A stretch of 64,000 bases of DNA, taken from positions 65,130-129,129 of the forward strand of contig JAUHWG010000011.1 of assembly GCA_030424595.1 (NCBI GenBank), read 5' to 3'. The stretch is from Polyangia bacterium. GTDB lineage: Bacteria; Myxococcota_A; Polyangia; Nannocystales; Nannocystaceae. The position numbers were made by a program, and so were the translations under genes. This document shows positions 49,932-64,000 of this stretch, one piece after another. Numbering within the stretch: position 1 is the first letter of the stretch; each line of letters begins with the position of its first letter. Below the pieces are notes generated by a model. It was not told the DNA's origin, made no database searches, and worked only from the letters and a program-made list of their open reading frames with translations.

Positions 49932-49947
49932 GTGAAGGGGGAGGATC

Positions 49948-50184
49948 ATGGTGGCATTTACCGGAGTTAAGGTGTTCTCGGCGACGAAAGCCTGGGAGCG
50001 TGAGCAGATCAGCGAGCGGATCAACGATTGGCTCGGGGTCAACCCTGGTGTTGAGATTGTCGACAAGATCGTCACGCAGAGCTCGGACAGTGAGTTCCAC
50101 TGTCTGACGATCACGCTCTTCTACAACTCTGAGCAGCGGATCGAAGCGCCATCGCGGCCGCCGCCGCGTCATCGCGCGGGCTAG
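49948..50184 (+). CDS. Small hypothetical protein (78 aa) with atypical (lower GC, A/T-ending) codon usage
   Basis: Strong RBS ggggga(gg) 7 nt before the ATG. Sequence MVAFTGVKVFSATKAWEREQISERINDWLGVNPGVEIVDKIVTQSSDSEFHCLTITLFYN is not recognised as a known family. Local GC is ~55% versus ~70% elsewhere. Confidence 0.5.
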   Translation: MVAFTGVKVFSATKAWEREQISERINDWLGVNPGVEIVDKIVTQSSDSEFHCLTITLFYNSEQRIEAPSRPPPRHRAG

Positions 50185-50342
50185 CCCTCGCTCGATCGTA
50201 TCATCGCCGAGCTCCGATCCTTCGCTGGGTCGGGGCTCGTTTGCTTGCTCGCCTGCTCGGGCGGAGCTGCTTCGCTGGAGGCGACAGGCTCCGGAAGATC
50301 GCTCTGCTCCTGGCGGCATCGCGGGTCTGCGCGGCGCTGTTC

Positions 50343-50408
50343 GCCACAGACGCCACAGACGCCACAGACGCCACAGACGCCACAGACGCCACAGACGCCA
50401 CAGACGCC
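50343..50408. repeat. 9-bp tandem repeat (gccacagac) x ~7
   Basis: Direct reading: gccacagacgccacagacgccacagac... Confidence 0.9.
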
Positions 50409-50428
50409 AGTTGTGCCGAACCAAAGAC

Positions 50429-50460
50429 AAAGGGGGCGCCGCACGAAGCGGGCCCCCTTT
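50429..50460. terminator. Hairpin aaagggggc-N14-gcccccttt (candidate bidirectional terminator for the sdhCAB operon and the small gene)
   Basis: 9-bp GC-rich stem read directly, 24 nt beyond the sdhB stop, with a T-run on the + strand. Confidence 0.5.
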
Positions 50461-50483
50461 CGCTTGGGACATGGCCTCTCGGC

Positions 50484-51247
50484 TCAGTCTTCGCCGCCGC
50501 TGAGCTGGGCCCGCGCATACTCGCGGTTCAGGACCATGATCGCCTCGAGCGGGATCTCCTTCGGGCACGCCGACGCGCACTCTCCGTGGTTGGTGCAAGC
50601 GCCGAAGCCCTCGGTGTCCATCGCCGCGACCATGTTCAGCGCGCGACCCTTCCGCTCGACCTGTCCCTGGGGGAACTTGGAGAGGTGGGCCACCTTGGCG
50701 CCGACGAAGAGCATCGCCGAGGCGTTGGGACAGGCTGCGACGCAGGCGCCGCAGCCGATGCAGGCGGCGTAGTCGAAGGCCTCGTCCGCCTGTTTCTTGC
50801 CGATCGGGATGGCGTTGGCGTCGGGGGCTCCGCCGGTGCCGACCGAGATGTATCCGCCAGAGGCGATCACCCGGTCGAAGGCGGAGCGGTCGACCATCAG
50901 ATCCTTGATGATCGGGAAGGCCTTCGCCTGCCACGGCTCGATGTAGATCTCGTCGCCGTCCTTGAAGCTCCGCATGTGGAGCTGGCAGGTCGTGGTGGCG
51001 TTGCGGGGCCCGTGCGGCCGACCGTTGATCACCATCGAGCACATGCCGCAGATACCCTCGCGGCAGTCGTGATCGAAGGCGATCGGATCTTCGTTCTTCG
51101 ACAGGAGTTGCTCGTTGAGAACGTCGAGCATCTCGAGGAAGGACATGTGGGGGTTGGCCTCGGTCTTGTACGACTGGAGCGAGCCCCGATCATTCGGGCC
51201 CTTCTGCCGCCAGACATGAAGCGTGATCCTCATGGTCTCGTCGCTCA

Positions 51248-51248
<1 letters not shown>
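50484..51248 (-). CDS. sdhB: Succinate dehydrogenase / fumarate reductase iron-sulfur subunit
   Basis: 2Fe-2S, 4Fe-4S and 3Fe-4S Cys clusters ([11 protein letters not shown]; [13 protein letters not shown]; [13 protein letters not shown]). Start codon overlaps the sdhA stop. Confidence 0.85.
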
Positions 51249-53170
<1,922 letters not shown>

Positions 53171-53183
53171 GGCGAGGGGCTCC

Positions 53184-53897
53184 TTAGATGTGGATGAGGC
53201 CGGCGATGACGCTGACCGCCATGGCGATGTTGCCGAGGAGGACGATGGTCGCGACCGCGGGGCCGATCTTGGCGATGAGCGGCCGGTAGCTTCCGCTCTG
53301 GAGGCCGAGGGTGGCGAACATCGAGGTCACGGAGTGACTGAGGTGGAAGGCCAGGGCGATGTTGGCGACGACGTAGGTGACGACGACGACAGGGTTCTTG
53401 AACGAGGTGACGACCATGCGCCAGACGTCATGGCGACCCTCGCTGTCGAGGATGTGGAAGTTGTCCGGCTCGATCACGCCGCCGGTGAAGTGGAGGATGT
53501 GATAGACGAGGAAGAGCAGCGTGACGATCCCCGTGCCGAGCATGAACTTGGCCGCGTAGGAGGTCGTCTGGGTCTTCAGCCCGGCCGCATAGCGGTTGGG
53601 GCGCGCCGCTCGGTTGCGGGCGCTCAGCCGCATCGCCGCCATGATGTGGAGGACGATGCAGGCGAGGAGGAAGGCCCGGCCCATCCAGACGAAGTTGCCG
53701 CCGAGCAGCCCCTTGAGGTTGTAGGCGTAGGCGTTGAGGGCTTCAGGTCCGGCGAAGAGCTGGAGGTTGAAGACCATATGCTGGACGACGAAGCCGACGA
53801 GGACGAAGCCGGTCAGCGCCATCGCGATCTTGGCGCCAATCGTCGAGTTCATCAGACCTGAGATGCCGCGCTGGGCGGGTTGGCTCGGTGCGCTCAT
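53184..53897 (-). CDS. sdhC: Succinate dehydrogenase cytochrome b558 subunit
   Basis: Five predicted TM helices with conserved His ligands (VQHMVFN; HIMAAMR; HILHFTGG; FHLSHSV). Start at internal ATG (MSAPSQ). Confidence 0.75.
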   Translation of the reverse strand: MSAPSQPAQRGISGLMNSTIGAKIAMALTGFVLVGFVVQHMVFNLQLFAGPEALNAYAYNLKGLLGGNFVWMGRAFLLACIVLHIMAAMRLSARNRAARPNRYAAGLKTQTTSYAAKFMLGTGIVTLLFLVYHILHFTGGVIEPDNFHILDSEGRHDVWRMVVTSFKNPVVVVTYVVANIALAFHLSHSVTSMFATLGLQSGSYRPLIAKIGPAVATIVLLGNIAMAVSVIAGLIHI

Positions 53898-54195
53898 AAC
53901 ACTTCCATTTGGTCGGGAACGCCGACCATAGGAGCCTCCTAGCACATTTTTGCGGGAATAGGCGGGCTCGGGCCGCGTCGGCCGTGCTCGCGCGTGTGAG
54001 GTCGCCAGCGTCCTGGAGCGGCAGGCTGCCAACATTGCGCGTCTCCGGCTCGACGGCTCCGTCGGAGCGCGCGGGCTCCGGCGAGGCGAGAGCCTCACGC
54101 CACGTTCGGGGCTGCCGGGGTCCCCGAGGAATGCCCCCGAGGAATGCCCTCGAGGAATGCCCCCGAGGATGCTCCCGAGGAATGCCCCGCTCGCG

Positions 54196-55167
54196 TCAGT
54201 GGACCTTGACGCCGAGGGGGGGCTCCCAGCTCAGCTCGAAGTGCCCGAGCATCACCGGTTCGTCGGCGCGCAGGCGGACGACCGGGTGCGAGGGACCGTC
54301 GGTCTCGTGCCCCGGGCGGACCCCGTTGGTGCTCGCCAGATCGTAGACCAGCAGGGACGTCGGACCCTCCTCGGCGACGAGCGCGTGGACCCGCGAGAGG
54401 TTTCGGCCGGACCCGGCGAGCGAGCAGCGATCGCTGTAGCGGCCGATCAAGAGCCCGCGGTGGAGCTGCTCGGAGTCGACGTCGAGCTCCTTGACGTTGT
54501 CGCCGCCCTTGCCGGTCCGCGACTGGAGCGAGCGCAGGCGGAGGAGTCCTCGCGAGGCTGGCTTCTCGTCGACGTCGATCGGCCGGTAGCCGCCGAGCTG
54601 AGCGACGGAGGGCTCTGCCATCGCCGAGAGCGCGAGGCGGACGCCGCCGCCGCGGGCGTCGAGCCCGGTCAGGCGACGGAAGGCGTCTTGGGGATCGCCG
54701 GCGAGGAGCTCAATGCCCGCGGGCCCGCCGGGGATCACGACGATCGCGGTGCGGCCGAAGGAGAGGCCGACATGGCCGAGGGCGCTAAACCCAGGGACGC
54801 GCTTGCCGTCGGCGAGGACGATCCCAGCGCGACCGCCGAGGTCGTAGCCCCGCAGTCGGAGCGTGCCCTGACCTGGCCAAGCGGTCAGGAGGATGTGGCG
54901 GAGGCTGACCCTGCTGTCGCTCGGGATGTTGAGGGTGCAACGATTGTGACGCCCGACGACGATCGCGTGGGGGAGACCGTCGGGCTTGCGGACGACCCGC
55001 TGGGCGACCGGGAAGCCCTTGCTGTCGGTCGCGACGATCAGGGTCTCGCCCTCGCGCGTATTGCCGACCAACGCCTGCAACACCGCCTGCGCCCTGGTAA
55101 AGGCCTGCAGGAGATCGACCGTCCGACCGTCGTCGCGGGCCTCGCGCCTGTCGTCGTTCTCGCTCAT
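54196..55167 (-). CDS. Protein with two FHA domains
   Basis: FHA cores AIVVGRHNRCTLNIPSDSRVSLRHILL and LLIGRYSDRCSLAGSGRNLSRVHALVAEEGPTSLLVYDLASTNGV. Start is uncertain (internal ATG at MSENDD..., or an upstream GTG). Confidence 0.6.
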   Translation of the reverse strand: MSENDDRREARDDGRTVDLLQAFTRAQAVLQALVGNTREGETLIVATDSKGFPVAQRVVRKPDGLPHAIVVGRHNRCTLNIPSDSRVSLRHILLTAWPGQGTLRLRGYDLGGRAGIVLADGKRVPGFSALGHVGLSFGRTAIVVIPGGPAGIELLAGDPQDAFRRLTGLDARGGGVRLALSAMAEPSVAQLGGYRPIDVDEKPASRGLLRLRSLQSRTGKGGDNVKELDVDSEQLHRGLLIGRYSDRCSLAGSGRNLSRVHALVAEEGPTSLLVYDLASTNGVRPGHETDGPSHPVVRLRADEPVMLGHFELSWEPPLGVKVH

Positions 55168-55421
55168 TTCGTCGTCTGAGGAGCCGCGACCGTGCCGGTC
55201 TTCCGGTTCTGAGCTCACGGATCGGCAGACTATGCCAGCGCGGCCTCCTGCGCCATGGCTTTGTTGCCGCAGGGCGGTCGCGGATCGGCGCGCGGATCGG
55301 CGCGCCGACGCGCACGGGTCTGCGCATGTGAACAGTATCGATCGAGCGCCTGATCCAGCTAGGGTGCGCGCGTTCACGTCGGGTCAGGAACGCGCGGGGT
55401 CCGACTCGAGAGGAGAGTTCG

Positions 55422-55817
55422 ATGGCGAGCAACGAGATCACAACCATTCTCGGCAAGGGCAGCAGCTTCGATGGCAAGCTCACATTCGAGGGCGCGGTCC
55501 GGATCGACGGCGTCTTCTCCGGTGAGATAGAGACCAAGGGGACGCTGATGATCGGCGAGACCGCCGAGGTCAAGGCCAAGATCCACGCCTCTCAGATCAT
55601 CATCGAGGGGCTGATCCGGGGCGAGATCATCGCCACGAATTCGCTGGAGATCCACGACTCGGCTCGGGTCTACGGCAACCTCCTCTGCCCCAGTCTGATG
55701 ATCCAGAAGGGCGCGATCTTTGAGGGCACCTGTCGGATGGAGAGCGCCGCAGCCGATGCCGACTCCGGCGACGGCCAGCCCGATCCCGTGATCGCCCTCG
55801 CTGAGCCGGAGGCGTAG
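55422..55817 (+). CDS. Bactofilin (CcmA/BacA family polymer-forming cytoskeletal protein)
   Basis: DUF583 beta-helical repeat pattern (TILGKGSSFDGKLTFEGAVRIDGVFSGEIETKGTLMIGETAEVKAKI...). Confidence 0.8.
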   Translation: MASNEITTILGKGSSFDGKLTFEGAVRIDGVFSGEIETKGTLMIGETAEVKAKIHASQIIIEGLIRGEIIATNSLEIHDSARVYGNLLCPSLMIQKGAIFEGTCRMESAAADADSGDGQPDPVIALAEPEA

Positions 55818-56229
55818 CGGTCCCGTCTGCGGGCGGGCTGCGGGCCCACGGTGTGTCGAGCTCGGCACCTCGTGGGCTCTTTGCGTGGTTGTCCGCCGGC
55901 GGCCGCCGATGCTGACGGCGGCCTCGGCAGGGCCCCCCAGAGAGGATCCACGCCCGGCCTTCGCGTGAGCCATCCCGCGTATGCGTGCATCGGAGGAGTG
56001 CTAGAGCGCCACTACGGGGGCTGCGCCGGTGTCCCATAGGCAGCATCCCGGTGTTCGCCGATCTCAGGCGATAGGGGCGGGTGGGGCCGGCGGATGAGGT
56101 CTCGGGGCCGGGCGTTGACGACCGCCAAAGCGCGTGGTACGAGCGCGCCGCCTTGCCGGGAACTGGCAACGGCCTGACAGAAGTCCCGGACCCCGACGGC
56201 CTCCATCGTCGGAACACGAGCCACGGACC

Positions 56230-56697
56230 ATGCAGCTCCTAGCACCTCTCCTCGTCGCCTCGTCTGCGCCGGTCATCGACTTCGACGGCACTGCCTACGT
56301 GCAGCTGGGCATCTTTCTTGTCTTGATGCTGGTTCTCCACCCGCTGCTCTTCAAGCCGTGGCTGGAGACCCGCGAGCGTCGCCAGACCTCGATCGCCGGC
56401 GCCGTCGCCGAGGCCGACCGTCTCCGCCATGAGGCCGACGAGACCGGAGCGCGCTACGACGCTCGCCTGAAGGCCGCGCGAGACGAGGCGCAGGGGATCC
56501 GAAACACGGCCCGCAAAGAGGTCGAGGCCTCGCGCGTCGAGCTGGTCTCGACGACCCGCTCGAAGGCGGGGCAGGGGCTAGAGGAGGCCAGGGATCGCGC
56601 GCTCCGTGAGGCGGACGCCGCCCGCGAGTCGCTCCAGGGCGAGATCGACGACCTCGCGCGCGCCGTCGCCAGCAAGATCCTCGGGAGGGCCGTCTGA
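56230..56697 (+). CDS. atpF: F0F1 ATP synthase subunit b'
   Basis: Single N-terminal TM helix plus long charged helix (A/R/E-rich). First gene of the atp cluster. Start at internal ATG (MQLLAPLL). Confidence 0.7.
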   Translation: MQLLAPLLVASSAPVIDFDGTAYVQLGIFLVLMLVLHPLLFKPWLETRERRQTSIAGAVAEADRLRHEADETGARYDARLKAARDEAQGIRNTARKEVEASRVELVSTTRSKAGQGLEEARDRALREADAARESLQGEIDDLARAVASKILGRAV

Positions 56698-57347
56698 TGC
56701 TTAAGTCACGACTCCGCCTTGTGGTCGGGACTGTCGGTCCCCTTCTCATCACGATGACCCTCGCCGCCAACGCCTGGGCCTCGCCCGCTGAAGGTGGTCA
56801 TGAGGGCGGACACGAGGGCCTCTCGCTCTTCAACTGGCCGAGCGACGCCGACCCGCGGATCGGCCTCGTCTGGCTCCTGATCAACTTCGTCGTCCTCCTC
56901 TTCCTGGTCAACAAGCTGATCTGGAGGAACCTGGTCGCGAGCAACCACGTCCGCCACGACACGATCAAGCGGGAGCTCGAGGAGGCGACCAACGCCCGGA
57001 AGACCGCTGAGTCGGTCGTCCGCGAGTTCAAGGCGAAGATCGACGCCTTCGACGGCGAGCGCCAGGCGCTCCTCGACGCGGCCAAGGCCGGCGCCGCTGC
57101 GGACCGCAAGCGGATCGTCGCCGAGGCCGAGCAGGAGGCCGCGAAGATCGTCGCTGCAGCGACGGCGACCGCCACCCGCGAGGCGGAGCTGAAGCGGACC
57201 CAGGTCGAGTCGGAGATCGTCGGCGAGGCGATCGAGCGCGCCCGCGCCATCCTCCTCACCTCCTTCAACGACTCCGACCAGCGCCGCCTCGTCGAGTCGT
57301 ACGCCACCGAGGTGGCGACCACCACCCTCAAGAAGGGAAGCGCCTGA
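56697..57347 (+). CDS. atpF: F0F1 ATP synthase subunit b
   Basis: TM helix (LVWLLINFVVLLFLVNKLIW) plus extended helix. Start overlaps the preceding stop (TGATG). Confidence 0.8.
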   Translation: MLKSRLRLVVGTVGPLLITMTLAANAWASPAEGGHEGGHEGLSLFNWPSDADPRIGLVWLLINFVVLLFLVNKLIWRNLVASNHVRHDTIKRELEEATNARKTAESVVREFKAKIDAFDGERQALLDAAKAGAAADRKRIVAEAEQEAAKIVAAATATATREAELKRTQVESEIVGEAIERARAILLTSFNDSDQRRLVESYATEVATTTLKKGSA

Positions 57348-57904
57348 TGATCCCCGGTAGCCTGGCCAAGCGGTACGCCCGCGCGCTGATGCTGATGGCG
57401 GAGACGCCGATGCAGCGCGAGACCTTCGGTCGCGGCATCAACTCCTTCAACGACGCGCTCAAGGTCGGCGACGGCTCCGAGACCGGCGCCACCCTCGGCT
57501 CGATCCTCGAGTCGAAGCGCTACCTCGTCAGCGAGCGGCGCGGGATTATCGAGTCGGTCTGCCGCCGCCTCGGCGTCGACGCCAACGTGATGGCGTTCCT
57601 CGTCTATGTGCTCGGTCGCGGCCGGATCTCCGGCGTCGACCAGATGACGCGCTTCTACAACGACATGGCGGATGAGCTCGCCGGGCGGGTCCACGCGACC
57701 ATCACCTCGGCGCGACCGCTGACGCCGGACGCCACCCACAAGCTCAAGGCGGCGCTCGAGGCCGCGACCGGCAAGCAGGTCGTCGTCGACAGCGAGGTCG
57801 ATGCCGAGCTTATCGGCGGGGTCGTCGCCCAGGTCGGCAGCACGGTCGTCGACGGCAGCGTCAAGACCCAGCTCGAGAGCATTCGTTCCACCCTCAGCGG
57901 CTAG
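57347..57904 (+). CDS. atpH: F0F1 ATP synthase subunit delta
   Basis: OSCP-family length and position; [10 protein letters not shown]-terminal motif. Start overlaps the atpF stop. Confidence 0.8.
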   Translation: MIPGSLAKRYARALMLMAETPMQRETFGRGINSFNDALKVGDGSETGATLGSILESKRYLVSERRGIIESVCRRLGVDANVMAFLVYVLGRGRISGVDQMTRFYNDMADELAGRVHATITSARPLTPDATHKLKAALEAATGKQVVVDSEVDAELIGGVVAQVGSTVVDGSVKTQLESIRSTLSG

Positions 57905-57998
57905 GCCGCGATGTTTCCCCGCGGCGCTTCGCCGCATTTTCCACCCGCGGCCTTGGGCCGCATCGACCTTCAGCGCAACAGACGCAAGCGAGCCTCTT

Positions 57999-59522
<1,524 letters not shown>

Positions 59523-59552
59523 GCCGCGGGCCTAGGTGTACCGGAGGACGCG

Positions 59553-62041
<2,489 letters not shown>

Positions 62042-62077
62042 CCCGGTCCCGGTCTAGCTCAGCAGGAGGAACCCAAC

Positions 62078-62497
62078 GTGGCTCAAAGCACCATCACGCT
62101 CGATATTCTCACCCCGATGGGGGCGAAGAAGAGCGACCTCCAGGTCCCAGGGGTCGAAGTTCCCGGCCTCGAGGGCGAGATGGGCGTGCTCCCCGAGCAC
62201 GTCCCCTTCATCACGCCGCTGGTCCCGGGCGTCGTCCGCTACCGCGAAGGCGAGACCTCGAAGCGGATCGCCATCGGCGCTGGGTTCCTCGAGATCTCCG
62301 AGATCGGTCGGGTCTCGATCCTCACGGAGCGGGCGCTCTTCGCCGACGAGGTCGACCTGACCGCGGTGCACGATCGCCTGAAGGTCGTGAACGCGGAGAT
62401 CGCCAAGGAGTACGGTCCGATCAGCGCGATCGATCACCGCAAGCTGACCACCGAGCAGATGTGGCTCGAGGCGCAGCTTCGGGCCGCGGCCTCCTAG
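62078..62497 (+). CDS. atpC: F0F1 ATP synthase subunit epsilon
   Basis: 139 aa; beta-sandwich plus helical hairpin pattern; operon position. Confidence 0.85.
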   Translation: MAQSTITLDILTPMGAKKSDLQVPGVEVPGLEGEMGVLPEHVPFITPLVPGVVRYREGETSKRIAIGAGFLEISEIGRVSILTERALFADEVDLTAVHDRLKVVNAEIAKEYGPISAIDHRKLTTEQMWLEAQLRAAAS

Positions 62498-62513
62498 GTC
62501 GCGCTCCATCAGC

Positions 62514-62546
62514 AAGACGCCGGCCGCCTTTGGGCGCCGGCGTTTT
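62514..62546 (+). terminator. Rho-independent terminator after atpC (GC-rich hairpin gacgccggccgcc-tttg-ggcgccggcg followed by TTTT)
   Basis: Direct reading 17 nt downstream of the atpC stop. Confidence 0.6.
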
Positions 62547-62629
62547 GTCGTTCTCGGGCGCTCCGCACGACCTGCAGGCGATGCTCCGCGCTTGTCGGCT
62601 TTACTCGCCCCCCTCGGTTCGCCACGATC

Positions 62630-63508
62630 GTGCGCGTGATGTCGTCTCCACGTGTGTTGGTGATCGGTCCCGCGAGCAAGGTGGGCGTCCACCTCGTCGA
62701 GCAGCTCGTCGCGCAGGGCATCAGCCCGCGGGTCGCCGTCCGCCGACCAGAGGCGGAGTCGCGGGACGGGCCCGTGCCGGTGCGCTTCGACTTCACGGAT
62801 CCAGCGACGTTCGCGGAGGCGGTCGACGAAGTCGACGCGATCTTCGTCATGTGGCCCCCTGGGGCCGGCGCCGTGCGGCGCAGCGTGATCCCCCTGCTAG
62901 AGGTCGCTCGTGAGCGAGGTGTCCGGAGGGTGGTCTTCCTGTCGGTCTTTGGTGCCGGCACCCTCTCGTTCCTCCCCCACGCGCAGGTCGAGCGTTGGCT
63001 CGAGAGCTCGGGGCTGGAGCATGTGATCCTCCGCGCCGGTTACTTCATGCAGAACCTGAGCACGATGCACCGGCGTGACATCGCCCTGCACAGCGAGGTG
63101 TTCATCCCCGCCGGTCGCGGCCACTTGGGCCTCGTCGACACCCGCGACGTGGCCGCGATCGCGCTTAAGGCTCTGCTCGAGCCCGGGCATGAGCGGGTCT
63201 ATGAGCTCACCGGGGGGGAGTCGTTGGACTTCTACGAGGTCGCGGCGATCTTCAGCGCGGTGCTGGGAGAGCCGATCGTCTACCGCGCGCCGAGCTTTGC
63301 GAGCTTCATCCGTCGCTGGCGAGGTCGAGAGATCAGCGCCGGGATGCTCGCATTCATGACGCTGGAGTACGCCTTTACCCGGCTCGATCGCTCTGGAGGG
63401 CTGACCGCCGATGTTGAGCGGGTTCTCGGCCGCCCGCCGCTCACGCTTCGTCGCTTCGTCGACGATCACCGTGAGCGCTGGTCAGAGGCCTACCAGTTGT
63501 CGCGGTAG
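62630..63508 (+). CDS. NmrA-like / atypical SDR NAD(P)H-binding protein
   Basis: VLVIGPASKVG Rossmann motif without the SDR catalytic YxxxK; NmrA-like length. Confidence 0.65.
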   Translation: MRVMSSPRVLVIGPASKVGVHLVEQLVAQGISPRVAVRRPEAESRDGPVPVRFDFTDPATFAEAVDEVDAIFVMWPPGAGAVRRSVIPLLEVARERGVRRVVFLSVFGAGTLSFLPHAQVERWLESSGLEHVILRAGYFMQNLSTMHRRDIALHSEVFIPAGRGHLGLVDTRDVAAIALKALLEPGHERVYELTGGESLDFYEVAAIFSAVLGEPIVYRAPSFASFIRRWRGREISAGMLAFMTLEYAFTRLDRSGGLTADVERVLGRPPLTLRRFVDDHRERWSEAYQLSR

Positions 63509-64000
63509 CGGAGGATCTGATCGCGGATCCGGTGGAAGACCGAGGTGGTCGCCCGGATGTCGCCGCGGTTGTACTCGGCGATCGCCCGCAGATCCCCAGC
63601 CGCGTAGGCGTCCGCGACCTTGGAGCCGTCCATCGCCCCCTTCGGCGACTCGACCCCGAGGGCCCAGCAGACGACGTCGAGGCCGGTCGGGCCCTGCGCC
63701 CGTCCACCGCCGGTGAGCACCCGGTAGAGGTCGAGGTGCGGCCGTAGGGCGTAGGGGCTGCCGAGGAGATCGACGCGGGCGTTGATCCCGTGGATCAGCG
63801 AGCGTCCGACCAAGAAGGGGATGTCGAAGTTGCGACCGTTGTAGGTGACGACGACGTCGGCGGCGGCGGCGAGGGTCCAAAAGGAGCGGAGGAGATCGGC
63901 CTCGCTCATCACCAGGAGCCAGGGCGGTGGATCGTCGATCGGGTGCTCGGGGTGAGGGACCGCGAGCACCGTGACCTCTTGGTCGCCGACGTCGTCGATC
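63490..64000 (-). CDS. Predicted RNase H-like 3'-5' exonuclease (YprB/PolB-exo-like), 5'-partial (N-terminus beyond window end)
   Basis: Exo II-like motif VVVTYNGRNFDIPFL. Reading frame stays open to position 64000. Confidence 0.55.
   Translation of the reverse strand, partial: IDDVGDQEVTVLAVPHPEHPIDDPPPWLLVMSEADLLRSFWTLAAAADVVVTYNGRNFDIPFLVGRSLIHGINARVDLLGSPYALRPHLDLYRVLTGGGRAQGPTGLDVVCWALGVESPKGAMDGSKVADAYAAGDLRAIAEYNRGDIRATTSVFHRIRDQILRYRDNW

Noticed and set aside
55168-55377. N-terminal 70-codon extension of the double-FHA protein (GTG start)
   Set aside because: The extension is Arg/Ser/Ala-rich with no structure. It would overlap the divergent promoter region of the bactofilin gene. 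The internal ATG (MSENDD) is preferred, though not proven.

Overview
This is a very GC-rich (~70%) chromosomal segment with a myxobacterial gene repertoire. It is densely coded on both strands, and nearly every real gene is shadowed by a long spurious antisense ORF (GC artefact). The housekeeping backbone covers several regions. Window start to 9.9 kb: methyltransferase, gloA, LysM–MepA murein endopeptidase, rsgA. 29.5–43 kb: msrA, lipA, a DnaJ-like protein, a radical-SAM fusion, a 3-hydroxyacyl-CoA dehydrogenase/enoyl-CoA hydratase, rph-rdgB. 44.9–45.0 kb: tRNA-Pro(TGG) and tRNA-Arg(TCT). 45.2–49.8 kb: a prmA-rsmE-RDD-HEAT operon. 50.5–53.9 kb: sdhCAB. 56.2–62.5 kb: an atpF'-atpF-atpH-atpA-atpG-atpD-atpC operon. 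62.6 kb to window end: an NmrA-like reductase and a partial exonuclease. The accessory content is concentrated in four places. (1) 30.75–33.25 kb: a full-length bacterial homolog of the eukaryotic major vault protein, with a perfect palindrome in its long 5' leader. (2) 5.4–8.7 kb: a bacterial homolog of the eukaryotic tRNA-queuosine mannosyltransferase (GTDC1-like, DUF3524 + GT1) followed by two SDR sugar epimerase/dehydratases. (3) 12–26.5 kb: a signalling island made of FHA-PP2C phosphatase + STAS, a 1323-aa Ser/Thr kinase-TPR protein, a secreted vWA protein, a Q/P-rich repeat membrane protein and a second divergent Ser/Thr kinase, with shared NPLNQ motifs between the membrane protein and the second kinase. 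(4) Several unusual repeat-bearing proteins and intergenic tandem/inverted repeats (Cys-repeat lipoprotein, Met-rich lipoprotein, structured rsgA-downstream region, repeat arrays around the tRNAs, a low-GC small gene flanked by a palindrome and a 9-bp tandem array). No CRISPR, integrase or transposase was detected.
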